A DNA stretch of 56,994 bases, counting the filler, from Platydemus manokwari (Eukaryota): assembly GCA_037951405.1 (NCBI GenBank). It is 4 parts of 4 records of this genome, joined end to end, with 100 filler letters (N's around TTAATTAATTAA, not from the genome) between each part and the next. Parts side by side here need not be neighbours in the genome. Positions count along the whole stretch, not along the records: positions 28,053 to 43,065 come from JBBMOY011362537.1; positions 43,166 to 56,994 come from JBBMOY011540299.1; 2 more parts are not named here. One strand, 5' to 3'. The first letter of the stretch is position 1, and each line of letters opens with the position of its first letter. Under the pieces are notes generated by a model. The model made no database searches and was not told the DNA's origin. It saw nothing but the letters and a program-made list of their open reading frames with translations. Of this stretch, positions 37,495 through 56,994 are shown one piece after another. The position numbers and the translations under genes are program-made.

Positions 37495-40400
37495 TTAACA
37501 GCTGGTAACATAATACAAATATGAAGACTTTTTAGATGGTTTTTCTGATGATGAAGAAGGTTGAGACGAGTAAATATTCGATCTGAGCCTGCCAACCATG
37601 AGGAAAACATTGCCAGAACATCTCTGAAACACCATTTTATTAATTATATAAATGCATCACACGATATTGAAACTACTTTAAGCAGTGTAGCCACCTGATC
37701 CTGAGTGTATGCTCTTACATTTGTGTCGTTGATTTCCAGTAGAAGATCACCTTTTTTCAATCTACCGTCCTGTTCAGCTACCGATCCTTTCACCTAGATT
37801 TCCATCACATATATTCATCATCAAATTCATTCAACTTACTAGATCCGATATACAAACACCGACATCACTTTTCGATACGATTGTTATTCCGAGACCCTTG
37901 CGACTTTTTTTGACGAGATCTACTTTCAATTTGAAATAAAGCGAATCTTCACATAACGGTTGTTTGTCTCGGAATATCTTTAACTTGACTCGATTGCCAA
38001 CTGAACGCAACGTTTGTATGGCTTGGTCATGGGTGGCATTTCGTAAATCTTTTCCATTCACCGCCAGGATTCGATCACCAGCCCATAATCTACCATCAAG
38101 AGCTGCCGCCTCTTTTTCGTGTACCTCGTGTATCATGACTGTGCCCTGTTATTTTGTGAGGATATTACAAATAATGAGTTATAAATATTAAATTGATACC
38201 AAGATCGTATCACTGCCTCCTATTATAGATAACCCTAAACCTCTGTCTTTTGTTAGTTCAATAACAGTTTCTACACCGGGCATTATCTGAGCTTTTGTTG
38301 GATGCTCTTTCTGGGTGAGTGTTTTCGGTGTGGGCACCTCTTGAACTATTTGCTCACTCACCGAGACCTTTTTAATGACAGAATTCTGTATTTTCTGAAT
38401 TGAATTCTTTTTCCTGTCTGATGGAATACTCGAATAAATCGGTTCTTTATCTTGACTGATACTGGGTCTCATGGCACTCATTCTCCTGTCATCATTTATT
38501 ATAGGCGAAATAACGATTTGGTTTTGCAAAGGTGGAGGACTGTTGATCTGGATTTAAAATCTCAACCTTTACACACATGATTTAAGAATCTACCATCTGA
38601 TATTCAATGCTTTCTCGTCTGTCTTTCGTGATGGATTGTGGTTCACTGTCGACATTATTATCGACATCATTCGTTATTGGTTGTCTTCCAACCACCATTT
38701 CCAGTGCAGTTTTACATCCTCGTAATTTTTTGAGAACAGAATCATAATCGTCATTTACTACGAGCTCTTCATTTATTAGTAATATTCTGTCACCTTCTTT
38801 CAGTGTACCCTCCTAAGAAGATAAACCGATTGTTTATAATTGATTATTTTATTGATATTTTTACATTTGCCGCAATGCCATCTACCGTCACCTTTTTAAC
38901 GTATATTCCAGGCTCATCATTGCAATTACAGTCCATTATGAAAAACCCAAATCCCTGAGCACTCTAGAACAAAGATTTAAGAAGATTTTTAAATAAGAAC
39001 AGTCATTGGTTTAATAGTTATTGATTTTATAATTCAATAATAATAAATTATATATTTATTAGAGATTATAATAATTTGATTGTAGAAATAAAAACTATTT
39101 TGTTTATTACAAGGTTCTTTCAAAATAATGATTTTTTTAATTTTGTATTTAATTAACTTTTATCCACAGACTTTGATATTCATTTCAATCAATAATTTCA
39201 TTATAAATCATAAGAAATTATTTCTATCAATTCGCTCATTATTATTGTTCATTTCTTCAGTTCATGATCATGAACTGTGTGTTGAAAAATCGATTCGGTG
39301 TTTAGAAATATTTGGTCATTAACGCAATACTTTATTATAAAAAATAATAATTATTACTTTCTTATCATTTTATAATCATTATTGTGATTATTTTTAGAAT
39401 TTAAATTTTTATTACTACTATTATTAAAACAATGAGGTTCTTTACATTAATTATAATTGCTAATATTTATAATTATTATTATTAGAATAAATTTATCTAC
39501 ATTATTTCATTATTGACTTGGTCCTAGTCGTTACCATTGCAATAATTGTTTTTGGGCATATGTTGCTATGGAGACCAAGTAGAAAACAACGTGAATCCAC
39601 TAGTTTATTATGTTACGTTTTTATTTTTGTTTATCCAGTGTACTTTTATCTTTCTAAACCAATTGTTCGTGTGCCATTTTGAAACACATTTTTTTCAAAA
39701 AGATTAGTATATGAATTTTTATTAATCGCCTATAAATCATTTGACGCCAATGAAAATCCAATTTAGAAAAATTAATTTTATTTGGTTTCATTGTATTTTC
39801 AAGTCCAATCAAACAAGTTCTATTTGACAGTCCGCTTCGGCTAAAAGCTATTGCCAAGTCAAAAAATCAAATATTAGTCCCCTATTACGATTTGTACAAA
39901 AACATTCATCATAAATTTCTTCAAATAATTTATCTAAATTTTTTAATTCCTGTAAAAATATTTGGAATATCAGACATTGAAAAAGGCACACACGTTATTG
40001 AATTCATGCAAAAGATTTTTTACATGCCAAACCCACACACTCACTCAAAGGATATACATTCTGGCAAATATAATTTACTTATATTTATGCAGAATTTCAT
40101 TACCAATTTCGATAACCAGACGAGCTAATATTTGGAATAAAATTCATATTCGTTCATGACACGCAATTTGAAATACAAAATCAATCTTTGGAAAATCTTT
40201 ATTGTACTTTTCTTTATATAATTTTCATAAAAAATGTAGTTAATAAAAATTATGTTCTTGTTGTTATTCATTCGACATTTATGATGGCTCACAATATTTC
40301 GAAATATAATGTCAAAATATTTGATATTAAAAGCTATTATTAAGGAAATCAATTCAATGAACACAACATCTAACCACAACCCTTATCATCCATATTCTAT

Positions 40401-41012
40401 AATCGATCTTTAAGGATTATTAACAATTACCTTTTCCAATCGAACTTGAAAGATGTCACCGTATCCAACTAAATTGTATCGTGTAGAAATTGAACTTTCC
40501 TCGATTGGAGTTTCTTTGATCGATTCTACTTTATTTGGTGATACTGAAAACAACTACAAAATGTGGCACGTTATTACACGAAATTATATAATTAAAATCA
40601 CATTGATCGTGGGCGGTATACAAGCCATCTTTGACAAATTGTCCGGATGTCTTCTAATGGTGAGCATAATTTTATCGGAATCCATCTGACATTTTTTGAT
40701 TATCGGAGCTACGTTAGAGTGGCTCATACCCAATACATCGATATTATTAATCTAATGAGCAAATATGTTTTCTTTTCCACTTAAAAATATAAAAGGAAAC
40801 TACCTTTAGTAATTCATCACCCACCAATAATCGACCATCTAATGCGGCTACCGAATTGTCTTTGAATCCACATATGTAACAATTCATGGAACTACAGTCT
40901 TTGTTTCCTACAAGCAACAATCCCAATCCTTTGTCGCCCTGTTTATCAATTTCGAAGTCCAATAGTTTTGCTGAATCGTCATTTGAAGATTTGTGATTGT
41001 TGGCACCAGCTT
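37495..41012 (-). CDS. MPDZ: Multiple-PDZ scaffold protein (MPDZ/PATJ/InaD-like), last four PDZ domains; 5' part unresolved
   Basis: Exons ~40804-41012 (GLGLLLVG...AALDGRLLVGDELLK), ~40602-40749, ~40431-40554, ~38866-38963 (GFGFFI), ~38594-38812, ~38200-38547 (GLGLSIIGGSDTIL), ~37840-38146 (IHEVHEKEAAALDGRLWAGDRILAVNG, MPDZ PDZ10-like), ~37675-37793 (DGRLKKGDLLLEIN) and a final exon RCSGNVFLMVGRL...YVTSC* ending at 37495. Confidence 0.85.
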
Positions 41013-43065
41013 CTTAATGGATTAATTGTTGAATGAAGTTATAATTTACCTCTTTTAATGGTATTTTTAATTCTTAATATTTTATATAGTTATTCTTAAC
41101 ATTGGAACTACTGCTCAATAATTGTGTTTTCAGTCGATCAATTAAATCGTATGGAATCTTATGTGAATTATTTATTGAAGGTAGGAATTGAGATAATAAT
41201 AAAATTATCCTGTTCTTTTATTTGAATTTTAACCTTTTAGTATTGTCATCTTTCACGAACAAACCCTCACCCGGACCTGTTCAAGATCAGTAAAGTGCAC
41301 ATATATGACTGCAATATACAATTACTTCATATTTAATTTTCTCGAATCTAATATGATTATTTAAAACAATATTAGAAAATACTAGTAGTATGGGGCGTCA
41401 GGTTTAATGAATATTGATTTTCTCTAATTACATTCTTTGAGCGCATGAAAACAATCAATCTCAATTATATTTATATCTGACAATCCGGATAATTTTCAAA
41501 TAATATTATAATTTTATAAAATCAAATGTACATTTCAATAAAATCCCCACTTAAATTCATGAGACATTTTATGGTTGCTATGGTAATGATTTCGACGAAA
41601 ATTGTTATAGTTTTTGTTGGCAATAATAATTTTATATCAAACAAATGAATTTCCACAAAAAATATCATTAATAATTTCACCGATTTCTGAAAAATCTGGA
41701 GTAACACTCTCGTTCGAAAGAGATGAAACCGAATAACTGTTTTCTTTTTCTCCGATATCGGTTTGATTTGTGGATTTGATTATCGGTTTTTCCGGTGAAT
41801 TCGGTGGCGTTATCATCTTTCGAAGTAATAGACCGGGCTGCGTGAAAAATTAATGATAATTTCATTATTTCTTTTCAAATTTCATGATTGGTTTCATCAA
41901 TCAATTCGTTAATTCCAGTGGCTAATGGCAAAGTAATTTGTCATGAAATTTTACAGTTTTTAAGATAAAGAAAAGATAAGAGTATAAATGGTATGATACA
42001 GATATATGGTCCCACTTTTGGATTATATGAAGAATTTGCCTAGTGTTATTTATCCTCTTATAACTTTTGGGTTCTATGTATACCACTAACATTTTGACAG
42101 ACCCAATGAAAACGACTGAAAAATCACAATGAAAACTATAAATAAACTAAAATCATTTAAGCAAATTGATATTTTATGAAGATCTAATTTTTAAATCTTT
42201 CTAATTTCAGTTCATTTTAAAATCCTGACATTCTAGTTCTAAATTGTTGATTTTCGAGAACTCACTAAATTGTCATGACAAGACACAAAGAATTTTCATA
42301 TCAATGAACTTACTCACTTTGATTGATATGGCGAGGATGTTAAAATCTCAATTAAAATTTAAATGATCATTTTGAATAGAAAATATATTGATATTAAAAT
42401 AGATAAACGATAGATTTGATTGATTATTTTGATTAAGAATTGGATTGGTTGAAGTTCTTAATTCTATTTCAAAGCGTTTATTTTATAAAATAGCAACAGC
42501 TAATGATAATAAAGTGTTGTCAACAATTATGCTGAAAACATAATCATTAAAAATTTCCATTTTCTTTGGAATTGTTAATGATTGGTTTAGAGTTTGACCA
42601 TGAAGGAAGACATTCAATTTGAGATAAAATTCATTCCCATTCAGACAACTATTTGATTTTCGTCCATAATTCCGATTTAATTCATAATATCAACTGCAAA
42701 GCCTTATAGTTTACCAGGAACGCTTGGGAAACTTGCTGGAAAGTCACGACTTAAAATTTATTAAACTAATAAGTATTTTATAGAATTTTTAAATCTTTCG
42801 AATTTTAATTCATTTTCAAATTCACGCCGCAATTATTGAGATTTATATGTCTGTTAATTTATTTATCACTGGTATTTTAGAATTGTTGATGTTCTTTTGG
42901 GCATTTCTTTGACTTAAGTTTAGAAACGGGTCCTTTGACCTACTTTTGTTATAATGAATTTTCGCGCATGAGATAATTTCATAACTTGATTTTATATATA
43001 ACTGCTATGTTTGATTTATTCGTATAATTCAGTTAATATCTCATTTTTTAAGATGTCTAATAGTG

Positions 43066-43165
43066 NNNNNNNNNNNNNNNNNNNNNNNNNNNNNNNNNNN
43101 NNNNNNNNNTTAATTAATTAANNNNNNNNNNNNNNNNNNNNNNNNNNNNNNNNNNNNNNNNNNNN
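43066..43165. other. Artificial contig linker
   Basis: N44-TTAATTAATTAA-N44. Confidence 0.97.
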
Positions 43166-43479
43166 ATTATTATTACTGATATTATTTTTATTATTATTTT
43201 TATTGTGATGGTTTTGCTAATATGTTAATCAGAATTAAATGACAACAAATGCTTACAAACACGAGAGAATTGATATCAAACTTCAATAGCCCTATTTGAG
43301 TCGTGTTTAGAAGGAAGCGAATTATTAAATTGATGAATCCGATACCTTGGCCCATACTGATGAATATAAAATATTGCAATGGTATATAGATGGAGTAGTT
43401 GTAGAATTTATTAGTATCATCAATTCTTAAACAGACACTTCTACACAATCTTGTTTAGTTTTATCAATTTCATGCCACT

Positions 43480-43960
43480 ATCTTCATTGGTTAAAAAATT
43501 GCGCTCGTTATCATCAAATCGAATTGTTTTTTTCCATTTTTCCAATTACCGATCAGAGGTGTTGTGTTAAACTATGTTTGCGAAATGAGTAGGCCATGCC
43601 GAAGATACGATTGGTATAAAATGGTTCAAAAAGAGTTTCGAATGTGTTTAAGATGAATTTACGAAACAATCACAAACACAAACTGACAAACAGAATGTCA
43701 TGGAAAACAATATTCAATGATTAAAAATCGTTGATTGGCAATTAGAGACTTTGGAACCGTTTTGTATCAGTTCGAACCATTTTCAAAAATGTTTTGTGCC
43801 TCATATTTGAGCCAAAGTTTCTTAAGAAAACAGTACGCCACATTGATGTATGTAAATCAATGATTTCTGACAATCCGGACATTATGAAACTCATTATCAC
43901 TAAGCATGAGAATTGTTTCTATGCTTACAACTAGAAACAGCACTTTAAATTCCAAAAATC
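43480..43960 (+). mobile_element. Degenerate mariner transposase relic
   Basis: YDWYK (HTH-region-like), FVPHI (WVPH-like) and RHIDVCKSMISDNPDIMKLIITKHENCFYAY (R..VC....PD....IITGDE.W.Y.Y-like), in mariner order. Confidence 0.55.
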
Positions 43961-46754
43961 TTTTTAATTCGAATTGAAAACAAATCAAAGAAATTCAACC
44001 AAGGAATTATATTATTGCACTTTATTTAAACTAAATTTTATTCAAATCAATTATTTAAATGGTATGTGTAGTATTTTTATTCAAATAATTATTTACCGAA
44101 ACGTAAAAATCCTGACAGCTATCTGCAATTTAAATATTTGATTGCCTCCACATTCTTTTTTAATCAATTCTCTCCATTTTTCTGAATTATCTGAATTGAA
44201 TTTTTCATATATTGATCTATGTGTAAATAGTTTTCGCTATATTTTTATAATAAACTGTTTATATATATTCTTCATCCTATTTATCCTCTATCTTTTCTTC
44301 ATATAGTCATGTTTATAACAGAAAATAAAATCTTTTTCTCAATACATCAATTTTTAAACAAATTCTGATTTATCTTCATTTTTAATTTAAATAAAAATGT
44401 TCACATTTTATATTACATTTTTTTAAATTTAAAATATTTAAATTTTACTTTTAGTAATTTTACTAATTTTAATGATATTAAAATTGAGAGGTTAACAGTA
44501 ATTTTTGTTAAGCAATATCATTTTTATAAATATCAATATGGTGTGTATTTATTATTAATATAATTTTGAAAATATTTTTTAACTCAAATTTTTATAATTT
44601 TAATATTATGTAAATTTTAATTATTGATTATATTTTTAAATAAACCTCACAATACGAAAACCATTTCTTGATTAATAAGTCCACAAATTACTTGGTTGAT
44701 TTGAACAATTTTAATGATATGCACAAAATGACAGTAAAATCATATTTGGTGTCAATGAAAGAACTCGTTTTGAAAAGAATTTAATTCTAGAATAAGTTTT
44801 AAACTGTAAAACAATACGATAAAACATAAGATCATTTACCTTAAAGAAAAAGACACATCTATCAATAATGCTTGATAATTTTTGTGTTGAAAAGATATTA
44901 ATATTTCTTACTTCTCATATATTAAACACTTTCAAAGAATTTTTTTTCATTGAAATGATATTTTGTTATTTGAGGAAAAAAATCAAATCGTAGATTTTTA
45001 GAACTGACAAAATATTAGAAATTCAAAACAATTTGAAAGAAGATTCATATAAATAGAAATTTGGATAATATTTATTAGAACCTATCTGATTACATATAGA
45101 GACAGAAGTAGATAAAATATGAATATTTAAAATATTCCGCTCAATAAAACAAAGACTTATTATATTTCAGTTTTATCTCTCAGAAATAGGAAATTATTTC
45201 AGCACCAATGAATAAAATTAATAAATTACCGAACAGATTGATATTCAATGAATAATAGATAAGTGATTTGGAGAATCCCCATTCGTTAAAACGGAAAATA
45301 ATATTATTATATACAATGCGTAGATTATTTTTGTTAGGTATGGCATTATTATCCAACGATTTTGCCAGAGGAAAAAGCCATTAATCAAAATGACATCATT
45401 GCATAAAATGACCGCTAAACTCTGTAAATAAATCAGAAATGTTTGCAGAAAATTTAAAAATCAAGGTTACGATCTAGTTTGATAAACATTTTAAAGTCCA
45501 CAGTAACTGTAATAAAATTTTTAATTATTATTATAACTTTCGATAACATTATAATGATATTACAAATGTGCAACTTAAATTCTCTGAAAATTCAAAAATT
45601 GCTCTTATTTCTTCGTTGTTTCATTTTGTAAAAATTTATTTTCAACTTCACCTTATATCACTAAAAATCAAAAAATTGTTACGAGATCTTCAAAAAAAAA
45701 TAACATTGTAACTAAAACAATTAGAATATCAAAAGTAAATTTGGTATATGGCAGTAATATAGCTGAAAAATATGTCTAGGAAATAATATAATTCTTTTCT
45801 CCATACATTAGGCCACCTACTGGTTAATAATTTTTCAATCAATTTAAAACTGTCAATTATGAAAGGCACGGGGAATAATTGAAAGATCATTGTCGATTTT
45901 ATTTAATTTTTGAATTACAAAATTTAAGGACTTGACAAGACACTTTTAATGAACTGAAAGAAATAAATCGCCTAAAAATAATTTTGAAAAAATACCCGAG
46001 TAAAACCAAAACCATATACGAACTAGCAAAGAAAAATCAGCAAAGTTTGTCTGGTTCATTGGGAGCGAAAACGCGGGATTTCGACTAACTCGAATTAAAT
46101 TGATTGCAATCAATACTGTCAACAGAGATTATCTCACAGTTTAGGTATAAAATTAAGCTTTACGTGTCTATGTAGTTCAGCATATTATCAAATTTGTATA
46201 TAGCCCTGTTGTACTAAAGCATACTAATATAACAATGAGATATGAAGTAATCATTTCATCATATAATCTTAATTTATTTAATAATTTTATCCTGCCTTTG
46301 AGTAGGAAACAGAATAATCATAATTGGCATGCGAAATCAATATTGAATTAATATGGAACCATAATATTTGATTATGTAATCAACGGCATGTATTTCCACT
46401 TTATAAGCAGTTCATCCACAATTCCATTAATACTCATTGAAATCAATCTTAATGAATGGTAGACGAATTGTTTACAACTTCTTCAATTCCAATCACAAAT
46501 TTCCCATCATTTTGATTTCGAGATAACACAATTACATAACATTAGATATAATTAAATAATCTTATAACAACAGAGTGATACAAACACATTATTTTAACTC
46601 GAGTTTGCTTATAATACACAAAACATTTTTGAAATGATGAAAAATATTTAATAAAAATCAATAACTTATAATATTTTCCAATTATAATATTGACAAGTAT
46701 TGAATATTAGCATTTTTCTAAAATTTCTAAAAGTGCAATTATAAGAAAAAATTA

Positions 46755-47010
46755 ATATAATTTTAAATTTTATATAAAACTAAATCTTTAAAAATTTAAT
46801 TCAATTAAAAATGCTCACAGTAGTTGTAAGCCGCTGCTATTTTAAAAACCACACATTAACAACGAACTGAGAAATCACGACATCAATTATATTTAAATAC
46901 AATTATTTACAACAAATTAATTTGATTTTATACGAAAAATTTTTATACCAAATTAAATTTTATACAAAAATTAATCTTGAAAAATTTTAATTCAATTCTA
47001 AATGCTCACG
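46755..47010 (-). mobile_element. Divergent TRIM-family LTR (46825-47010) preceded by a partial LTR end (~46755-46819)
   Basis: TGTAAGCCGCTGCTATTTTAAAAACCACACATT...AATGCTCACG; the upstream segment ends in AATGCTCACA and is separated from it by 5 bp (GTAGT). Confidence 0.75.
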
Positions 47011-47127
47011 GGAGCCATAAAATAATTCATTAAAACATAACGACCAAATATAATATTAACTCGAAAATTCAAAAACTTTACCAACCTTGATTTATAAAAT
47101 CAATGTAAAAATAACTGAAATGTCTCA

Positions 47128-51981
<4,854 letters not shown>

Positions 51982-54900
51982 TATTCCAAAGTATTTAAAA
52001 TTACAAACAAAAGTGTCAGTTATTAATAATTTTAAACAAATTGATACTGACTATGTATTGTTATGCTTAACATTATGCAATAATTAAACTTAGCTTAATA
52101 TTAAAAATAAAACTCTAAATATTTTATAAATAATGACAGTTCTAATTTGATTATTTAAGCTAATATAAATTATTTTATTCGAATTAGAAATTCTTACGCC
52201 AAGTATTTCTAACCATTGTTGTACTAGTATAATAGACATGATCAACAATTTAAGTTTTTACTTGTTGCTTTTACTGGATGCTTTAATTACCAAAAATGTT
52301 GATTATATGAAAAAGGAACTGAAGTAAATAAATAAATTTTATTTCTTCTCTATAAAATCTATAAAAAATAAAAGTTTGTCATGATACATATTGCGTCATG
52401 TTTTTTGATACTTATCTTGATTTCTTACTAGGTCTTCCCATAGGCTCTGTCACTATTGTAATAATTATTGTTTGGATTCTAACCTCTACTAATTCTGGTT
52501 TGATTTTTAAATTTTCTATTTTAATCATTTGTTCATTCCTTACTTCATTATTCCCGTACAATAATTTTAATTAACTTTAAAACATCAAAAAAGTATATAA
52601 ATTAAACAACAATTCACAAAATTAGTTTCTGAAATACCTTTAAAGCGAAATTTGTCTCATTAATGTCACTTAAAATTATATAGTTTAAAACTCTATCATA
52701 AAAAAATGTGCTAATAAAATAAATAAATGGAAAAAGAACTCGAGTATGAAAAGAATGACATGAACTTAATTAATTAAAACAATTTCTGTCAAAAAAATTC
52801 AAAAGTATAAATTTTATAAGAATTTAAAGTCGTCTCCAAATGTAAATATGTATTATTCGACTCATGATTATAGATACGAAGTGTGGGGAACTAACAGGCC
52901 ATTTTGACTTAACTAAAAGAACCAAAAAATAAATATAAATAAGTATAATTTATTTTTAAATAAGTCACAAATTATAAAAATAACAAGGTCAAAAAATATA
53001 AATATATCATAAAAATAGTAAAAACAAAATGTGTTTTAATAAATCAAAAAGTATACTTGTTTAAGTACTTCAAAATAATTAATTATCGTTGCGATCTCAA
53101 GGTCATAAAAATTGTTCATCAGAACTATTTTTAGCAACTACGTCATCCCTAAAATTAGATCGCCCCAATTTTGTTACATAGTCATCTAAATTTGTAGCCT
53201 GACACTGACGTGTGAATGTTGTTAATGATAGTAACAAATGTGGGTAATCAATCTAACATTGCACACAAAGCACATTAGACAAGTATAAAGCAGAAAGCAA
53301 CAGGCAGTCAACGCATAATTACGACGCACTTTATACAACTGTATGAGAATTTGGAAGATTTGAAGAATTTAATTCTCGAAGCCATTTTATTGTATGACAA
53401 TTTCGACGTTCTGAAGAATTTCAATCCATTCAAAGAGTAAATTTTTTAATTGTTTAATTAAAACTAGACCCACGGCTAGGCTTAGCCTTGTGGTCATTTA
53501 AATTATTAGGTGACAATTAAAAAAGCTCCCCACTTTCATTTTATTATTGAGAGGTTTGCCCGTGCACCTAAGCGGTATGCCCTTTACTGTTACTTGATTA
53601 CACTTTTGCTCCCACAACACCGTCTTGAAGTTTTATGAAATCATTGTGTTTGAATTATTATTCGATTTTTGATTAACACATTTTCTTTTGTTATTTTTGC
53701 TTTTATAATTGATATTTTCTTTTGTTATTATTTTTAATTTAAATATTATCTTTACTATATCATCCGAGCGTTAAAGCAACAACAACCTCTTATCTGTTTG
53801 GAGTCCAGATAAGTTGAAGAATTAAGGGTGAATATATTTAGCTTTCTTGAAATTCAAATTCTTCTGAATGTAATAATCGTATTAGTGTGTACCTTTTTAC
53901 AAAATGTACATTTGCAATTTGAAGTTTATAATTATTATAAACCCACACACAATCTTTAACAAAAGTGTGCTAGATTTTACTCAAAAATTCATGATCAAAA
54001 CTATTGAATTCTCACAATTGCATTCACGCCGTCAAACACCACACACAAATTCGATGGATAATCACAGGCTTTCAAATTAACAATTTTTGTCAATATTTCA
54101 ACTTCCAATTTTCGAATCTACAGAAAGTTGCGAAAACCAACATTGTGCCAGTGCCATAATAAGTTTAAGAAAATTTTTACAATGAAACAATTGGCTAAGT
54201 TTTTAAACTGTTCTAACAATTAAACTCTCACAGCATAGCTTTATAAAGGAGTCTGCTCTCGAGATTAACTGGGCATCTTTGTTGTAGGGAACTCTGCCTT
54301 TACTTTTCGTGATTTCTTATCTGAACATCCTTATTTTACAATTTCTAGTGATTTTATGAGTTTTCGTTTTGTGCCGTTTATTTGAAAGTGCATTAGAAAT
54401 TCTGGTCAAATATATTTGACTACATTCGTGTAAGTCATTAATTGTACCTTTTTAAAAAGAAAGAATTAATACTTCAGTAGATAAAAAAGCAAAATACATA
54501 TTAATTTAAGATTGCATTCCCCAATTTCAAAATGTGCTAAGATATCTTTTTTGAACAAAGATCCTTTTGGGGCTCAGATGATGCAAATAAAAATTATTGT
54601 TTATTAGTCAACAATTGCTAATAAAGGCTACATCAATCGAGAAAATAATTCAGAATGGACTTTAGATTGTTCACAGGTTGAATCTTTTTAAACGAGTAGA
54701 AAATTTAAAGAACATAGCTGAAGAACAATTATAGCAGGAAGGGTATAATCATCTAAAAGATCATACGAGTAATGAACTCATTTCGTGTTGTATTTTGAAA
54801 TTGATTTTGTGAATTTTAAGTGATGAGCCTAGTGAAAGTTTTATATTTATTATTTATAGATTTTTTTAATACTCAATAATTCAATAAATCAAAATCTTTT

Positions 54901-55848
54901 ATTGAATAAAATTGAATATTACGGAAATAGAATCTAGAATATAGACTACTGAGCATCATAAAATTAAAACTTTTAATATACAGATATTTGGTTTTAATTA
55001 TTAAAGTCAAGTATTAACTGCATTCATATTACTGAAAATCGAAGTACCTATATATTGTCAAAAATTTTAATGGGTTTTGTTAGCAATTATGTAATAGTAA
55101 AATGCCACTGAGTATGAAAACCGTTTGATATTATCAATTATTATTATTAAAATATTATTATCAACTTTTCAAACTATAACGAAAATGGAAAAAGCTGTAA
55201 CAAATTAGATTTTTATATATGGGTACGGACAATCTTTCTGTGTTAGTGTTTGGTGGTTTTAGACTTCTAAAAATCCAAGATTTGGTTCTGCTATCTCAAA
55301 AATCTTTACTCCTCCCATTATGAATTGCAGTGAAGTATAGTTTGGATTCTAAATTGAACAGACTATACTGAGTGCACAAATTTTGGAGTTATTATGATTT
55401 GGAAAAACAGCAAGCAATAATTTTACTGAGAAACATTTCAGGAGAAAACTCTGAATTAAAAAATTGGCGACTTCTACAAACTTGACATTACATTTGAGAC
55501 CAGACTATCTTAATGAAGTGATATTATTAAATTTTAATTTATTTCTTTTAAATTTATACATCTTAAATAACATTTTTAACGAAAGAAAATTACCACAATT
55601 CATATTACTATATTTAATATGAATAGGATAGTGATTATATTATGAATAGTAATTATACAATTAAGTTAAAAGACTGAAAATTATTTATTGACAAATACAT
55701 CTGGTTTCAAATTTATATGATCTATTGGGCATAGTTTAAACCATATTCTTACTTCAGTTGAAATAAGGTTTGATTCTTGAAAATCAATAAATCTATAATA
55801 ATAATTTTTGACATGAATATTGTTAATTAACGAAGTCTTTTAATATCA

Positions 55849-56202
55849 ATGAGTAAAGAAAATCTAAATGATGAAAAATCAAGTGAGCCTAAGAGAAGTT
55901 TATTAGTTCTGCCAAGACCCCAAGCATATACTTCGGCCATACTTCAATATCTCGGAGCGAAAGTTTATCAGGAAATATGTACTCCAAGTTCAGTAGTAGA
56001 TGTAAAACAATAAATGAATAATCTTCTTAAGTCTAATATTATTCAGGTGAAACCAATTAAATTAGATCCAATAGAAGAAATATATTACATTACTCATAAT
56101 GCACCAATGGCTATAAGAGAAACTGGATTAAAATGGACAAAGAAAGGTGTTGTTGATATATCAAAGAAAGGCAAGAAAAAAAGAAAGCAGAAAAAAAAGT
56201 AA
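55849..56202 (+). CDS. Small lysine-rich protein, SMKR1-like (102 aa, two exons)
   Basis: Exon 1 55849-56001, 45-nt GT-AG intron 56002-56046, exon 2 56047-56202 in frame. IEEIYYITHNAPMAIRETGLKW followed by a poly-Lys tail resembles the SMKR1 core [21 protein letters not shown] + Lys tail. Confidence 0.55.
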
Positions 56203-56994
56203 TACATTAGGTCACGAAAATAATGAAACATATATAATTATTTCCTGAATCACATTTATTCTCAAAAAGATCTTCTGAAATCAGTTACGACGATATGTCA
56301 TTGTGATGAATAATATATAATGAATATCATTTTCATCGTTTTATTAGAAAGCAAATAAGAATAAATTACTCAAAGTTCTTTTTTAATCATATACTAATTT
56401 TATAATATGGAAATCAAAGTTGGATATTTTATATTTCTATCTGTTTCGAATTTGACATAAAGTTCCAAAGTTTTGATTATTATTTATTATTATTGTTGCA
56501 TTTAGGGGTCACTCTCTTTTATTCTTGTTTTAACTTTTATTCTTCTCTTTGGATAATCAATTCTAAGACTTAATCAGTGCTCTGAGTCCGTTTATGACCC
56601 TCAGGTAGCAATGAAACCTTATATTGTTGTTTGTATTGTTCGCCTCGACGACCACGACTTATATGATGATAAGCGGATCGGCTTAGAAATCGATATTTGA
56701 ATTTATTGATAATCTCTTTTGCCTCTCTTACAACTACTCTCACTTTGTTATCAGTCTCTTTATTTATTATTAACAAAATTATTTCCAATAAATCGGTGGT
56801 GAATGATACTGACAAAATATATGATGAAATTATGACAACTTATATCAAAACAACAAGTCAATTCGATGTATGGTTTATGAATATTTATTGTGATTACAAT
56901 TATACACCGATAACTTAAATTATGGGGCTATAAATTACTACTGTATACAATTATAAGCAATGAAATACAAAATTACAATTGATTTTAATAATAC

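Noticed and set aside
46045-46100. Short GC-rich patch considered as tRNA or ncRNA
   Set aside because: No cloverleaf or A/B box could be built.

Overview
AT-rich eukaryotic (invertebrate animal) genomic DNA with very short introns (often about 40-90 nt). It consists of four contigs joined by 100-nt N/TTAATTAATTAA/N linkers (9514-9613, 27953-28052, 43066-43165), so adjacency across the linkers is not evidence of synteny. Host genes: a compact ZFHX/zfh2 zinc-finger homeobox gene, a secreted F-type lectin + PAN/Apple protein with a pseudogenised paralogue, a small granulin, a multi-PDZ (MPDZ/PATJ-like) gene, the 5' half of a MAPKAPK2-like kinase, and a small SMKR1-like gene. Much of the rest is decayed mobile DNA. 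The most notable items are: (1) a Ty3/Gypsy LTR retrotransposon (tRNA-Trp PBS) carrying a chuvirus-type glycoprotein fragment placed between gag and protease, with a separate signal-peptide-like stub after the integrase C-terminus; (2) a decayed Maverick/adintovirus block (capsid, core-like, penton, adenain protease, fibre-like, pPolB) with two inverted arrays of ~36-bp double-palindrome repeats around the protease gene, plus a second pPolB relic; (3) a ~200-bp LTR family with one complete TRIM (tRNA-Arg-type PBS, PPT, 5-bp TSD) and several solo LTRs, three insertions landing inside ORFs of other mobile elements. All family assignments come from manual translation and motif recognition; no database searches were run.
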